A stretch of DNA of 64,000 nucleotides from Bacillota bacterium (GTDB taxonomy: Bacteria > Bacillota > DTU025): NCBI GenBank assembly GCA_050951805.1, contig JBMNJT010000002.1, forward strand, positions 256,001 to 320,000, in the 5' to 3' direction. Below, one piece after another: positions 50,263 through 60,458 of the stretch. Under the pieces are notes generated by a model. The model did not search any database. It was given only the letters and a program-made list of their open reading frames with translations, and was not told the DNA's origin. Numbering within the stretch: position 1 is the stretch's first letter; each line of letters opens with the position of its first letter. Both the position numbers and the translations under genes were made by a program.

Positions 50263-51789
50263 GTGCATGTAGCCGTTAAAGGGAAAGACCTGACAGTGCG
50301 CGAGGTTGTGGCTGTTGCGCGTGAGGGGGCTACCGTATCACTCTCCTCTGAAGCCCGCTTTAGGATTGCTGAGGCGAGCGGTTTCGTAGAATCGCTCCTC
50401 GAGCGTGACAGGCCTGTATATGGCGTGACGACTGGTTTTGGAAAGTTTGCAGATGTGGTTATATCCCCCCAAGACGCCGAGGAATTGCAGCGCAACCTCC
50501 TTCTTTCGCATGCAAGCGGAGTAGGTGAGACGCTGCCCCGGGAAGTTGTCAGGGGGATTTTGCTGCTCAGGGCTAATGCGCTCGCATGCGGATATTCGGG
50601 AGTCAGAGTTGAAGTTGTGGAGACTCTGCTTTCCATGTTGAACGCCGGGATTCATCCCGTAGTCCCGTCACAGGGATCTGTGGGGTCCAGTGGCGACTTG
50701 GCCCCTCTTGCCCATACCATGTTGGTCATGATCGGCGAGGGCGAGGCAGAATACGAAGGGCAAGTTATGGATGGGGCCAGTGCGATGTCGAAAGCCCGGA
50801 TACCCATTGTAGCTTTGAGGGCCAAGGAAGGGCTTGCTCTCATCAACGGTACGCAAGTGATGACGTCTATAGGCGCTCTTGCTGTGTGGGACGTTGCTCG
50901 GCTTGCCAAGGTTGCCGACATTGCGGCCGCCATGAGCGCCGAGGCTCTCCGCGGCACTACAGCGGCGTATGATAGCAGAGTTCATGCAGTTCGCCCCCAC
51001 CCCGGGCAGGCTGCATCAGCCAGGAACCTGCTGCGCCTCATGGAAGGAAGCGGTATCAGGGCATCACACATGGATTGCCCCAAGGTTCAGGACGCATATT
51101 CATTGAGATGCGCACCCCAGGTTCACGGAGCGGCTCGCGATGCTATAGACTATGCCCTTCGCGCTGTGGAAACAGAGATGAACTCGGTGACAGACAATCC
51201 CATCATCTTCGCCGATGACGGCGACGTAATATCCGGGGGCAATTTCCATGGAGAGCCGATGGCCATGGCTATGGACTTCTTGGGAATAGCCGCATCTGAG
51301 CTTGCAAGCATCTCGGAGCGGCGCACTGAGCGGATGGTCAACCCGCAGCTTTCGGAATTGCCTCCGTTCCTCACTGAACATGGCGGACTCAATTCTGGGA
51401 TGATGATAGCCCAGTATACGGCCGCGGCCCTTGTCTCGGAGAATAAGATATTGGCGTCTCCGGCTGTGGTCGACTCCATTCCAACATCAGGCAACCAAGA
51501 GGATCATGTGAGCATGGGGACGATCGCGGCGCGCAAGGCTAGGCAGATTGCGACAAACGTCGCTAATGTACTGGCCATAGAGATCGTCTGTGCGGCCCAG
51601 GGCATTGATTTTCTGGCACCTTTAGAGCCTGGCGCGGGAACTAGGGCAGCCCATCGTGCGGTGCGGGAAAGGGTTGCACATCTTGACGCCGATAGAATTC
51701 TCGCGGTCGACATTGCGCGGGTGCGGGAGATGATAGAGTCGGGCGATCTGTTGCGCGAGGTGGAAAAGGCAGTCGGCGAACTGGAGTGA
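50263..51789 (+). CDS. hutH: Histidine ammonia-lyase
   Basis: VYGVTTGFG, LLLSHASG, GSSGDLAPLAH MIO region, KEGLALINGTQ, VQDAYSLRC, GGNFHG, NQEDHVSM. Confidence 0.96.
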   Translation: MHVAVKGKDLTVREVVAVAREGATVSLSSEARFRIAEASGFVESLLERDRPVYGVTTGFGKFADVVISPQDAEELQRNLLLSHASGVGETLPREVVRGILLLRANALACGYSGVRVEVVETLLSMLNAGIHPVVPSQGSVGSSGDLAPLAHTMLVMIGEGEAEYEGQVMDGASAMSKARIPIVALRAKEGLALINGTQVMTSIGALAVWDVARLAKVADIAAAMSAEALRGTTAAYDSRVHAVRPHPGQAASARNLLRLMEGSGIRASHMDCPKVQDAYSLRCAPQVHGAARDAIDYALRAVETEMNSVTDNPIIFADDGDVISGGNFHGEPMAMAMDFLGIAASELASISERRTERMVNPQLSELPPFLTEHGGLNSGMMIAQYTAAALVSENKILASPAVVDSIPTSGNQEDHVSMGTIAARKARQIATNVANVLAIEIVCAAQGIDFLAPLEPGAGTRAAHRAVRERVAHLDADRILAVDIARVREMIESGDLLREVEKAVGELE

Positions 51790-51862
51790 TTGATTGGGAG
51801 AGGCTTGTGCGAGGCATAAGGCACAAGGTTGCACAAATATGCAGGGCTGGAGGGATAGTGTA

Positions 51863-53512
51863 ATGGCAAGAGTAATAAGAGCCCCGCGTGGGACCGAGCT
51901 GTCCTGCAAAGGGTGGCAGCAGGAAGCTGCCATGCGAATGCTCATGAACAACCTTGACCCGGAAGTGGCTGAGCGCCCCGAAGATCTGATCGTATACGGC
52001 GGAGCTGGAAAGGCCGCACGCAACTGGGAGTGCTTCGATGCCATAGTGGACTCATTGAAAGAGTTAGAAGGAGACGAGACGCTTCTTGTCCAGTCGGGCA
52101 AACCGGTAGGCGTATTCAGGACTCACCCCGATGCTCCGCGGGTCCTGATTTCCAACGCCATGTTGGTTCCTCACTGGGCCACATGGGAAAACTTCTGGGA
52201 ACTGGAGGCCAAGGGCCTCACCATGTACGGACAGATGACCGCCGGAAGCTGGATCTACATAGGCACCCAGGGCATACTTCAGGGGACCTATGAGACATTT
52301 GCCGCCGCTGCGAAGAAGCATTTTGGTGGGAGCCTCAAGGGCAGGCTGATTCTCACTGCTGGGCTCGGAGGAATGGGCGGCGCGCAACCGTTGGCCGCTA
52401 CCTTCAACGATGCAGTCGTGATTGCGGTCGAAGTGGACCGGGAGAGGATAGAGCGCAGACTCAAGACTGACTACTGCGAGATGGTGACCGACAGCATAGA
52501 CGAGGCCATCGCCCTTGCCCGGGAAGCCCAGGAGAAAGGGATTCCGCGCTCCATCGCCCTTCTGGGCAATGCTGCAGAAACACACCCCGAATTCGTGAGG
52601 CGCGGGATCATACCTGATCTCGTAACAGACCAGACGTCTGCCCATGATCCTCTTAACGGATACATACCTGCGGGCCTCACTCTTGAGGAGGCTGGCGAGC
52701 TTCGGAAGTCGAATCCAGAGGAGTACAAGAGACGGGCGATGGAGTCCATGGCGATCCAGGTCAGGGCCATGCTCGACATGAAAGATCGCGGTTCAGTCGT
52801 TTTTGACTACGGAAACAACATTCGCCAGCGCGCGTTCGATGCTGGCGTAAAGGATGCCTTTGATTTCCCTGGCTTCGTTCCCGCCTACGTAAGGCCCCTC
52901 TTTTGCGAGGGAAAGGGCCCCTTCAGGTGGGTGGCGCTTTCAGGCGATCCGGAGGACATCTACGTAACTGACGAGGTGATTATGGAGCATTTTGCCTACG
53001 ATGAACACCTGGTCAAGTGGATTCAGATGGCCCATGACAAGGTGGCGTTCCAGGGCTTGCCCTCGCGAATTTGTTGGCTGGGCTACGGAGAACGCGCCAG
53101 ATTCGGGTTGATGATCAACGATCTCGTGGCCCAGGGCAAGATCAAGGCACCTATTGTGATCGGCCGCGACCATCTGGATTGCGGATCAGTTGCATCGCCC
53201 AATCGCGAGACCGAAGGGATGAAAGACGGGTCTGATGCGATTGCAGACTGGCCTGTGCTCAATGCACTGCTTAACGCGGTAAACGGTGCCACGTGGGTTT
53301 CATTTCACCATGGCGGTGGTGTCGGCATAGGCTACTCTCTCCATGCCGGAATGGTAGTGGTGGCGGATGGAACCCCGGAGGCCGCAGTCAGGCTGGAACG
53401 CGTGCTTACCGGAGACCCGGGGACCGGGGTCATGCGTCATGCAGATGCAGGTTATGAAAAGGCCCAGGCTTTCGCCGCCGGTCACGGGATCAAGATTCCT
53501 AAGATCGGTTGA
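51863..53512 (+). CDS. hutU: Urocanate hydratase
   Basis: [60 protein letters not shown]. Confidence 0.98.
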   Translation: MARVIRAPRGTELSCKGWQQEAAMRMLMNNLDPEVAERPEDLIVYGGAGKAARNWECFDAIVDSLKELEGDETLLVQSGKPVGVFRTHPDAPRVLISNAMLVPHWATWENFWELEAKGLTMYGQMTAGSWIYIGTQGILQGTYETFAAAAKKHFGGSLKGRLILTAGLGGMGGAQPLAATFNDAVVIAVEVDRERIERRLKTDYCEMVTDSIDEAIALAREAQEKGIPRSIALLGNAAETHPEFVRRGIIPDLVTDQTSAHDPLNGYIPAGLTLEEAGELRKSNPEEYKRRAMESMAIQVRAMLDMKDRGSVVFDYGNNIRQRAFDAGVKDAFDFPGFVPAYVRPLFCEGKGPFRWVALSGDPEDIYVTDEVIMEHFAYDEHLVKWIQMAHDKVAFQGLPSRICWLGYGERARFGLMINDLVAQGKIKAPIVIGRDHLDCGSVASPNRETEGMKDGSDAIADWPVLNALLNAVNGATWVSFHHGGGVGIGYSLHAGMVVVADGTPEAAVRLERVLTGDPGTGVMRHADAGYEKAQAFAAGHGIKIPKIG

Positions 53513-53607
53513 GCAAGCTTCGCAGTATCCTGCGCGATCCTCCATTGCGACTTGCTCAAGTTAGGACAGCCAGGAAATGGCGCTTGCCGCACTGCAAGGC
53601 CGTGCGG

Positions 53608-54447
53608 TCAACGCACTCTGGCATAGTCCAGCTCCTCGAGGGCTTGATCTACAGTGAGTGGGACGGAAACGTCCCACCCTCTTTTTTTCAGGGATTCGAA
53701 GAGATCTGCCAGGACAGGGGGCTCGATCCCTGCATCCCTTAGCGCGTCGGTCTGGGCAAAAACCTCTTCTGGCGTGCCGGAAAGGGCCATCTTGCCTTGC
53801 CCTGCCAGCACATATACCCAGTCTGCTATTGCTGGAACGTAGTCGATCTCGTGGGTGGAGACGATGTATGTTATTCCGCTTTCCGCATGAAGCTGGGCGA
53901 GGAGCGAGGCCAGCTCTGTGCGGGAACGCGGATCAAGCCCAGTGAAAGGCTCGTCCATTATGAGAAGCTTAGGCTCGGTGATTAGCGCTCCGGCCAGGGC
54001 AACCTTCCTTTTTTCGCCTCCGCTCAGGTAGTGTGGCACTTTCCTCCTCAGATGCCATATCCCCAGCCTGTTGAGGATAGCCTTGCCCTTGGCCTCTATC
54101 TCATCTCGCGGCCACCCCAGTGCCCGCGGGGTAAACGTTACATCATCCCATACTGTAGGTCCGATGATTTGGTCGTCGACGTTTTGCAGAACTACGCCCA
54201 CTCGGTTGCGCATCTCCTTGAACTGCTTTGACGGGCTGAGCCCGAAGACGCTGACTTTGCCGTCGACTGGCGCAAGCAAGCCGAGGAGGTGGAATATGAG
54301 GGTTGACTTGCCGCTCCCGTTTGCCCCGAGAACTGCGACTCTCTGGCCCCTGCGGACGGAAAAGTCGAGTCCGCACAGGTCCACCTCTGTTTGGTCGGGA
54401 TAGACGTGTCTTAAGCACTTTATCTCGGCAATAATCTTATCGCTCAT
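53608..54447 (-). CDS. ECF-type metal transporter ATPase (CbiO/NikO-like)
   Basis: GANGSGKST, LQNVDDQI, LSGGEKRKVALAG, MDEP, STH. Confidence 0.92.
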   Translation of the reverse strand: MSDKIIAEIKCLRHVYPDQTEVDLCGLDFSVRRGQRVAVLGANGSGKSTLIFHLLGLLAPVDGKVSVFGLSPSKQFKEMRNRVGVVLQNVDDQIIGPTVWDDVTFTPRALGWPRDEIEAKGKAILNRLGIWHLRRKVPHYLSGGEKRKVALAGALITEPKLLIMDEPFTGLDPRSRTELASLLAQLHAESGITYIVSTHEIDYVPAIADWVYVLAGQGKMALSGTPEEVFAQTDALRDAGIEPPVLADLFESLKKRGWDVSVPLTVDQALEELDYARVR

Positions 54448-55148
54448 CTGTAAAGGAACACCCCCACTAGAGTAAGTGCGGAATATGCGAGCAAGGCAAA
54501 GTCCATCGCATTGGGAGGCCGATGCTCGCTTGTGGCGGAAATGCGCTGTGAATAGCCTCTAACCTGCATTACTCGGTACATTCGCTCAGTCATGTCGGCT
54601 GAATGGATCACTAGAACTCCAAGCATTTGGCCGTATGTACGAAGCTGCTGTGGAAGGGTTCCGCTGACCCCGCCCCGCAGTCGAACGGCGACCATGAGTC
54701 CTTGCAGTTCATCTACGAGGATGAAGAAAGCCCGGTAGCCCATGAATAACGCATCTGCCACGAGGCTCGGCAGGACATGGGAAATAATGGAGAAGACATC
54801 CACAAACGATGTGGTGGTGATGAGAGTCGCGGCTGTCAACCCCGCTGTGAAAGCCTTAGTCACTATGGTAATGGCGTACAACGGATTCGACCATACTGAT
54901 CCTATGGCGAAAAGTGCGGCAAAGACTACCGGGTAAATAGCAATGCGCGCCGTGTACCAGAGCGGCTGCTTTGTAGCGCATGCTAGCAGAACGACCGCCC
55001 CTGCCACGAGGCCTGCCATGGCGGGCGATGATGACGCTATTGTTGATGTGAGGAGTAAGGCCGATGCAAGAACCTTCGCCCACGGCAGGGCTGCGTGCAA
55101 AGGAGTGCGACCATTCGCTGCCAGCTCGTCGATGAATCGGATATCCAA
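54444..55148 (-). CDS. ECF-type metal transporter T component (CbiQ/NikQ-like)
   Basis: TPLHA..PWAK, ITTT, YRAFFIL, RLRGG and MQVRGY Arg motifs. Confidence 0.88.
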   Translation of the reverse strand: MDIRFIDELAANGRTPLHAALPWAKVLASALLLTSTIASSSPAMAGLVAGAVVLLACATKQPLWYTARIAIYPVVFAALFAIGSVWSNPLYAITIVTKAFTAGLTAATLITTTSFVDVFSIISHVLPSLVADALFMGYRAFFILVDELQGLMVAVRLRGGVSGTLPQQLRTYGQMLGVLVIHSADMTERMYRVMQVRGYSQRISATSEHRPPNAMDFALLAYSALTLVGVFLYR

Positions 55149-55150
55149 GT

Positions 55151-55957
55151 CTAGGCCTCCCCTGTGTGTCTGGGTTCTTCTTCGTCATCGTCGTCCCCGG
55201 GTACTGGGAGGGTGTCCATGCCGATAAGGTCTGGACGGGACTCCGAGATGAACTGGACGACAGACCCTGTAATCACTGCTTCTATGGCCCAGCCTACTAT
55301 CCCGGCTGTGTAGACGATTGTGGCAAATGTCTTGAAAGAGGCAAGACGGGTATCGCTATCTGGGCCATGCTCGTGGGAATCGTGATCTGGAAGGAGATGG
55401 TCGGCTTCATCGAATGGCTCCTCTTCTTCATGGACTGTATGGGTGTGATGGTGGTGCATCACAAGCGACGGATTGATCTCGGTGCCGGCAACTATTCCTA
55501 GCATGGCTGTGGTGGACACGGCCAAGACGATAATGGTGATGATGGCGGTTTTCACAAATGGACGGCCTTTTCGGGAACCAAACAGGCTCCATAGGAGCCA
55601 GCCGAGGGTGATCTCCAGGCCCGTTATTAGAGTATTGAGTCCGATTACTGTGATTCCGCCATGGGCACCCAATGCCAAAATCAAGTTTGTGATAAATCCT
55701 GCTATGAATCCCTCAGCGGGCCCTGCCATCATGCCAGTCAGCACCGTGAAGTTAACATGGTAGTGGAGAACTGGTATGGGAAGGCTCATCGCCAGCAACA
55801 TGACGGCGGAGAGTATCGCGATCCGGGGAACGGTGCGTGCCCGGTCTTGGCGCCTTATGGAGGACACGGCGAAAAGAAGCAGGATTGCTGTTGCCCCAAA
55901 CCCGGCCAATATCCATGGCAGTGGAAGAACCCCATCTGGAATATGTAGATGTGACAT
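55151..55957 (-). CDS. ECF-type metal transporter S component (CbiM/NikM-like) with a His-rich loop
   Basis: N-terminal MSHLHIPDG, YHVN, AHGGITVIGLN; HHHHTH...HDSHEH insertion. Confidence 0.88.
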   Translation of the reverse strand: MSHLHIPDGVLPLPWILAGFGATAILLLFAVSSIRRQDRARTVPRIAILSAVMLLAMSLPIPVLHYHVNFTVLTGMMAGPAEGFIAGFITNLILALGAHGGITVIGLNTLITGLEITLGWLLWSLFGSRKGRPFVKTAIITIIVLAVSTTAMLGIVAGTEINPSLVMHHHHTHTVHEEEEPFDEADHLLPDHDSHEHGPDSDTRLASFKTFATIVYTAGIVGWAIEAVITGSVVQFISESRPDLIGMDTLPVPGDDDDEEEPRHTGEA

Positions 55958-55960
55958 CTT

Positions 55961-56536
55961 TTACTCCTCCTTGTTTGTGCCGGGTGTGGAAGCTGGAGCC
56001 GCCAGCCGGCAGGTGGCGCATTGTCCGGTCAATTTGAGCCAATGGCTGTCTATGGTGAAGCCGGTGGCTTGTTCGAGCTTGCGCGCTAACGACGAAATCT
56101 CACAGTCGCCGAACTCAACCACTCTGCCGCATCCGGTGCATATGAGGTGATGATGGTGCCCGGCGTTGCCAAGGTTCCGTTCATATCGGTCGGCGCCATC
56201 ATTGAAGTTGATCTTGCTCAGAACTCCCACATCCTTAAGAAGCTCGAGGGTGCGGTAGACTGTGACAAGGCTTATATCCGGTTGAGACCGCGTTACCGAC
56301 TCGAACACTTGTTGTGCCGTCAGATGTCCGGGGCCGTGCTCAAAGAGAAGAAGGATCAGCCTTCGTTGTTCGGTCAGCTTGCATCCGGAGTTTCGGAGTA
56401 TGCAGATGGCATTTTCATACCAGTTTTGGGCCACTGGGGTTGCAGAAAACTCTATAGGACTTTGCACAGCGGCTGCTGCCGCAGCTCCGGATGGAGCAGG
56501 TTTGACGGGTTCATCTGACCCATTCTGCGGTGCCAT
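55961..56536 (-). CDS. Fur-family (Zur-like) transcriptional regulator
   Basis: KLTEQRRLIL, HLTA, TVYRTL, HHHHLICTGCG, GQCATC. Start uncertain (56536 or 56554). Confidence 0.92.
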   Translation of the reverse strand: MAPQNGSDEPVKPAPSGAAAAAAVQSPIEFSATPVAQNWYENAICILRNSGCKLTEQRRLILLLFEHGPGHLTAQQVFESVTRSQPDISLVTVYRTLELLKDVGVLSKINFNDGADRYERNLGNAGHHHHLICTGCGRVVEFGDCEISSLARKLEQATGFTIDSHWLKLTGQCATCRLAAPASTPGTNKEE

Positions 56537-56560
56537 CTCATCACATCCACACAAGAATCT

Positions 56561-56620
56561 AAATGAAAGTCATTTGCAATTATCTCTCACATTATACTCT
56601 TCTCCCCCTGCCAAGCGCAA
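56561..56620 (-). promoter_or_regulatory. SigA promoter plus Fur-family operator
   Basis: Minus strand TTGCGC-N18-TATAAT, followed by the imperfect 10-1-10 palindrome AATTGCAAAT-G-ACTTTCATTT (56561-56581). Confidence 0.7.
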
Positions 56621-57034
56621 TAGAAGATAAGCCAAGTGCAATGTCTCACCTTTGTGGTGAGTGTGCATTGATATGTAAATCCCGCAGAGCTGTTGTATTG
56701 ATACTGCGGGCAGAGGGTGCAGACGGCGCGTCGGATGCTATTGAGAATTGCTTATTGCTTCAGGAGGTATGTCTCGCGGTTGAGGTCGCTTTATCGTTGA
56801 GCCCTAAGCAGCTTATTGGCACGCGTTGAACTGCCTTTTTCGGGTGAGAGCCGGTTTATGCATTGAGCATGTCCAGGAAAACATCCGCTGGTTCGCCTCA
56901 ATGGGAGGCGACTAACGTCAGCTGCGTCTTCCGCCGGGTTTGCATGATTGTTCAATCGCGATTGCTATCCGGCGCAAGGGCTTCAGCTGTTCCGGGGAGC
57001 GCTCGAATCGCCGTTTCTCGGAGTGCGCGGGCTA

Positions 57035-57061
57035 GAAGGAATTGCCGGGCTCACGGAGAAA
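57035..57061 (+). promoter_or_regulatory. SigH-like promoter of the formiminotransferase-hutI operon
   Basis: GAAGGAATT-N11-GGAGAAA. Confidence 0.5.
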
Positions 57062-57186
57062 GCGTATGCGGTAACATACAGGTCTTTGTTCCCCAGAAGG
57101 TAGAATGCAACGCCTCGTGAGGGGTCGCTCCTCGCGCAGGGGTGTGGATTGGAATTGTAGGTTTTTCATGCAGGAGGTGCCATAAG

Positions 57187-58098
57187 TTGAGTGATAGAAC
57201 TGTGCAGCAAGTAGTGGAGTGTGTCCCGAATTTCTCGGAAGGCAGGCGGCCTGAGGTTGTTCGGGAGATCGTTGCGGCCATAGAGGCGGTTTCAGGGATC
57301 CGTGTGCTGGACTATTCGTCAGATACCAGCCACAATAGGACTGTTGTTACATTCGTTGGAACGCCTGAAGCCTGCGAAGAGGCGGCTTTTGCAGGCATTG
57401 CCCGCGCGTGCGACCTGATCGACATGGAAAAACATCACGGAGAACACCCCCGGCTCGGGGCGACCGATGTGGTGCCGTTCATACCTATTTCAGGTGTGAC
57501 CATGGAAGAGTGTGTCGAGATCGCGCGCCGCGTCGGACAGCGTGTTGGCGAGGAACTTGAGATACCGGTCTATCTGTATGAAGAAGCGGCCACGCGGCCC
57601 GAAAGGCGCAATTTGGCTGACGTGAGGCGCGGGGAATATGAGGGGCTCAAGGAGAGCATAGGGACTCCTGAACGCGCGCCGGATTTCGGCCCTGCGAGGG
57701 TGCACCCCACTGCAGGTGCCACTATAATCGGCGCTAGGATGCCGCTCGTAGCTTTCAACGTGAACCTGGGCACCAGCGACATAGGGATCGCGAAGAAGAT
57801 TGCCCGCGCCGTCCGCGAATCCAGCGGCGGTCTCGCCAATGTTAAGGCGCTCGGTGTTATGCTCGAGGACAGGCAGATAGCGCAAGTCTCAATGAACTTG
57901 GTGAACTACGTGAAAACTCCCATCCCCCGCGTTATGGAAATGGTGAGACGCGAGGCGGATAGATACGGGGTTTCGGTGGTCGAGAGCGAGCTCATAGGCT
58001 TAATGCCCATGGATGCTGTTCTGGATACTGCCGCCTACTATCTGCAGCTGCCTAAATTGGAGCAGAGCCAGATAATCGAGGCGCGGGTTTGGGAGTAG
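57187..58098 (+). CDS. ftcd: Glutamate formiminotransferase
   Basis: VECVPNFSEGRR, HNRTVVT, HPRLGATDVVPF, RRGEYEGL, GARMPLVAFN, QVSMNL; AGGAGG RBS before TTG57187. Confidence 0.95.
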   Translation: MSDRTVQQVVECVPNFSEGRRPEVVREIVAAIEAVSGIRVLDYSSDTSHNRTVVTFVGTPEACEEAAFAGIARACDLIDMEKHHGEHPRLGATDVVPFIPISGVTMEECVEIARRVGQRVGEELEIPVYLYEEAATRPERRNLADVRRGEYEGLKESIGTPERAPDFGPARVHPTAGATIIGARMPLVAFNVNLGTSDIGIAKKIARAVRESSGGLANVKALGVMLEDRQIAQVSMNLVNYVKTPIPRVMEMVRREADRYGVSVVESELIGLMPMDAVLDTAAYYLQLPKLEQSQIIEARVWE

Positions 58099-58193
58099 GG
58101 GCGGCAGGCTTCGACTGCGCGGCCGCAAGATACGGCAGAGACTGAGTGTGCTTGGCGAACAAGGCATTGCTGAGGCAAGGAGGGCTCTTTATC

Positions 58194-59588
58194 ATGGGCA
58201 AGATGGGGGCGGGCTTTCGCCCTAGGACTGAACCATCGGACTTGTTGATCATACACGCAGCTGAACTCGGAACATGTAGGGCACGGGCTGCTTGGGACAA
58301 TGGCCGGCCGGAGCCCGGGCCTAGATTAGGCGCAGATCTTGGCTGCGCAGGAATTATAGAGGATGGAGCGATTGCTGTAAGAGACGGCGTGATTGTGGAC
58401 ATCGGTGCCACTGAAGAGGTGCTGTCGCGTGAACCGGAATGGCTAGCCCGAAGACCAAATGGAGCCGGGCAGGTGGCGGACTTTCCGGAGGCTATCCGTT
58501 CAGTGACCGAGGTTTTCGATGCAAGCGGCAGGACGGTGGTTCCTGGATTTGTGGATGCGCATACCCATCTTGTTTATGCCGGGAGTCGCTACAGGGAACA
58601 CCTGATGCGTCTTGAAGGGGCCGAGTACTTGGACATCCTTAAGGCTGGCGGCGGGATCCTTGCGACTTTGGAGGCGACTCGGAGAGCGTCCTTTGACGAA
58701 CTGCTTGAGCTTGCTTTGAAGCGGCTTGATGTAATGCTGCTCCACGGGACTACGACGGTCGAGGCAAAAAGCGGTTACGGCCTCGATCTCGACACAGAAC
58801 TGAAGCAACTGAGGGTTGCCCGTGCCGCTTGCGACGATCATCCGATAGAGATAGTCAGCACATTCATGGGGGCTCACGCCGTTCCCCCTGAGTTCACAGG
58901 CGACCCAGACGGTTACATCGATTTCATGATCGCCGAGGTCCTTCCGCAAGTTGCCGAGGGAGGGTTGGCAGAGTTCTGTGATGTCTTCTGCGAGGAAGGG
59001 GTTTTCTCAGTAGAACAGTCGAGGCGGGTGCTAATGGCAGGCCTTGCCCATGGACTCTGTCCCAAAATGCATGCTGACGAGATATACCCCATAGGCGGAG
59101 CAGAGCTTGCGGGAGAGCTTGGGGCGGCATCAGCTGACCACCTTGCCGCTGCGTCCAAAGCTGGCATGGAAAGCCTGGCTCATGCAGGGGTGGTGGCGGT
59201 GTTGTTGCCGGGCACAATGTTCACGTTGATGTCCGAGAGATACGCTAACGCCAGGGAAATGATAAACCTGGGAGTTCCTGTTGCGCTCGCCACTGACTAC
59301 AATCCCGGGACATCGCCTGTAATGTCAATGCAGTTTGTGATGACCCTTGCCTGTCTCAAGATGGGCATGACTCCCCAGGAAGCGCTATGCGCCGCCACGG
59401 CCAATGCAGCCTACGCAGTGGGAAGGGGAGGAGACGCAGGCGTCCTCCGGGTAGGGGCAGCCGCCGACTTCATAGTCTGTGATGTTCCTGCCGTAGATGC
59501 CTTGCCGTTTTCGGTTGGAGTCAACCCCGTTACTGATGTGTTCGTAGGGGGCGTGCGTGTCGTATCCGACCGTGTGCTTTCCTATTGA
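58194..59588 (+). CDS. hutI: Imidazolonepropionase
   Basis: PGFVDAHTHLV, GGGIL, GTTTVEAKSGYGL, MGAHA, DVFCE, HADE, ATDYNPG. Confidence 0.96.
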   Translation: MGKMGAGFRPRTEPSDLLIIHAAELGTCRARAAWDNGRPEPGPRLGADLGCAGIIEDGAIAVRDGVIVDIGATEEVLSREPEWLARRPNGAGQVADFPEAIRSVTEVFDASGRTVVPGFVDAHTHLVYAGSRYREHLMRLEGAEYLDILKAGGGILATLEATRRASFDELLELALKRLDVMLLHGTTTVEAKSGYGLDLDTELKQLRVARAACDDHPIEIVSTFMGAHAVPPEFTGDPDGYIDFMIAEVLPQVAEGGLAEFCDVFCEEGVFSVEQSRRVLMAGLAHGLCPKMHADEIYPIGGAELAGELGAASADHLAAASKAGMESLAHAGVVAVLLPGTMFTLMSERYANAREMINLGVPVALATDYNPGTSPVMSMQFVMTLACLKMGMTPQEALCAATANAAYAVGRGGDAGVLRVGAAADFIVCDVPAVDALPFSVGVNPVTDVFVGGVRVVSDRVLSY

Positions 59589-59608
59589 CTTTTCTAGGAG
59601 GATGCTTT

Positions 59609-60244
59609 ATGCCATTTGGTGAGATGACTGTCCAAAGCTTTCTTGATGAACTCGCTTCGAATAGTCCTGCTCCCGGCGGAGGAAGCGCTGCCGCGGTGGC
59701 TGGGGCTATGGGCGCCGGTTTGGTGTCGATGGTTGCAGGCCTTACCGAAACCGCAGAAATGTCGGAGGAGGATGCTGAAAAGGTCAGACAGGCTGGTGCC
59801 AGAGCTCAAAAGCTTCGGACAGAGCTTTTGAGGTGCGCTGATGAAGATACTAGAGCGTTCAACGAGGTAATGGCGGCGTACAGGATGCCGCGGGGGACTG
59901 ACGAGGAAAAGCAAACTAGGCGTGAAGCGATTCAGCAGGGACTCAAGGGCGCCGTCGCTGTCCCGATGAGAACTTTGGAACTGGCAATGGAGGGTTTGGG
60001 GCTGGCAACTTACATGGCGTTTGAGGGAAACAAGAACGCTGTGAGCGATGCAGGAGTTTCGGCCCAGCTTTTCAATGCAGCTGTCCGTGGCGCCATCTTC
60101 AATGTAGAGATCAACCTATCGGGCATCAAGGATGCGGATTTTGTCTCTGAGGCCCGAGCCAAAGTCGCCTCGTACGACCTCGAACGGGAAAGATTGAGGA
60201 AAGAGTCTTTAGACGCTGTTTTAGGCAGACTTGGGGGGAACTGA
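59609..60244 (+). CDS. Formimino-THF cyclodeaminase / methenyl-THF cyclohydrolase (FTCD C-terminal family)
   Basis: FLDELASNSPAPGGGS, DEDTRAF, GNKNAVSDAGV, NVEINL. Confidence 0.92.
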   Translation: MPFGEMTVQSFLDELASNSPAPGGGSAAAVAGAMGAGLVSMVAGLTETAEMSEEDAEKVRQAGARAQKLRTELLRCADEDTRAFNEVMAAYRMPRGTDEEKQTRREAIQQGLKGAVAVPMRTLELAMEGLGLATYMAFEGNKNAVSDAGVSAQLFNAAVRGAIFNVEINLSGIKDADFVSEARAKVASYDLERERLRKESLDAVLGRLGGN

Positions 60245-60458
60245 AAACCACTCAAGGACGTCGATGTAGAGAGGGGCTGTGGCTAGGCGAGGATCGGCCT
60301 TGCCTGAATGGATAAGTTTTACAGGCTAAAGCCGAAGCGTGGGGCGGGAGCAAGTTGGCAAGGCATATGGATCAGCCTGTGATTAGTTTGGCATGGTGGC
60401 GCTTGCCTTGTAGCTTGGATCGGGCGAGCACATTTATGACTATGGAGGACTGCAGCTG

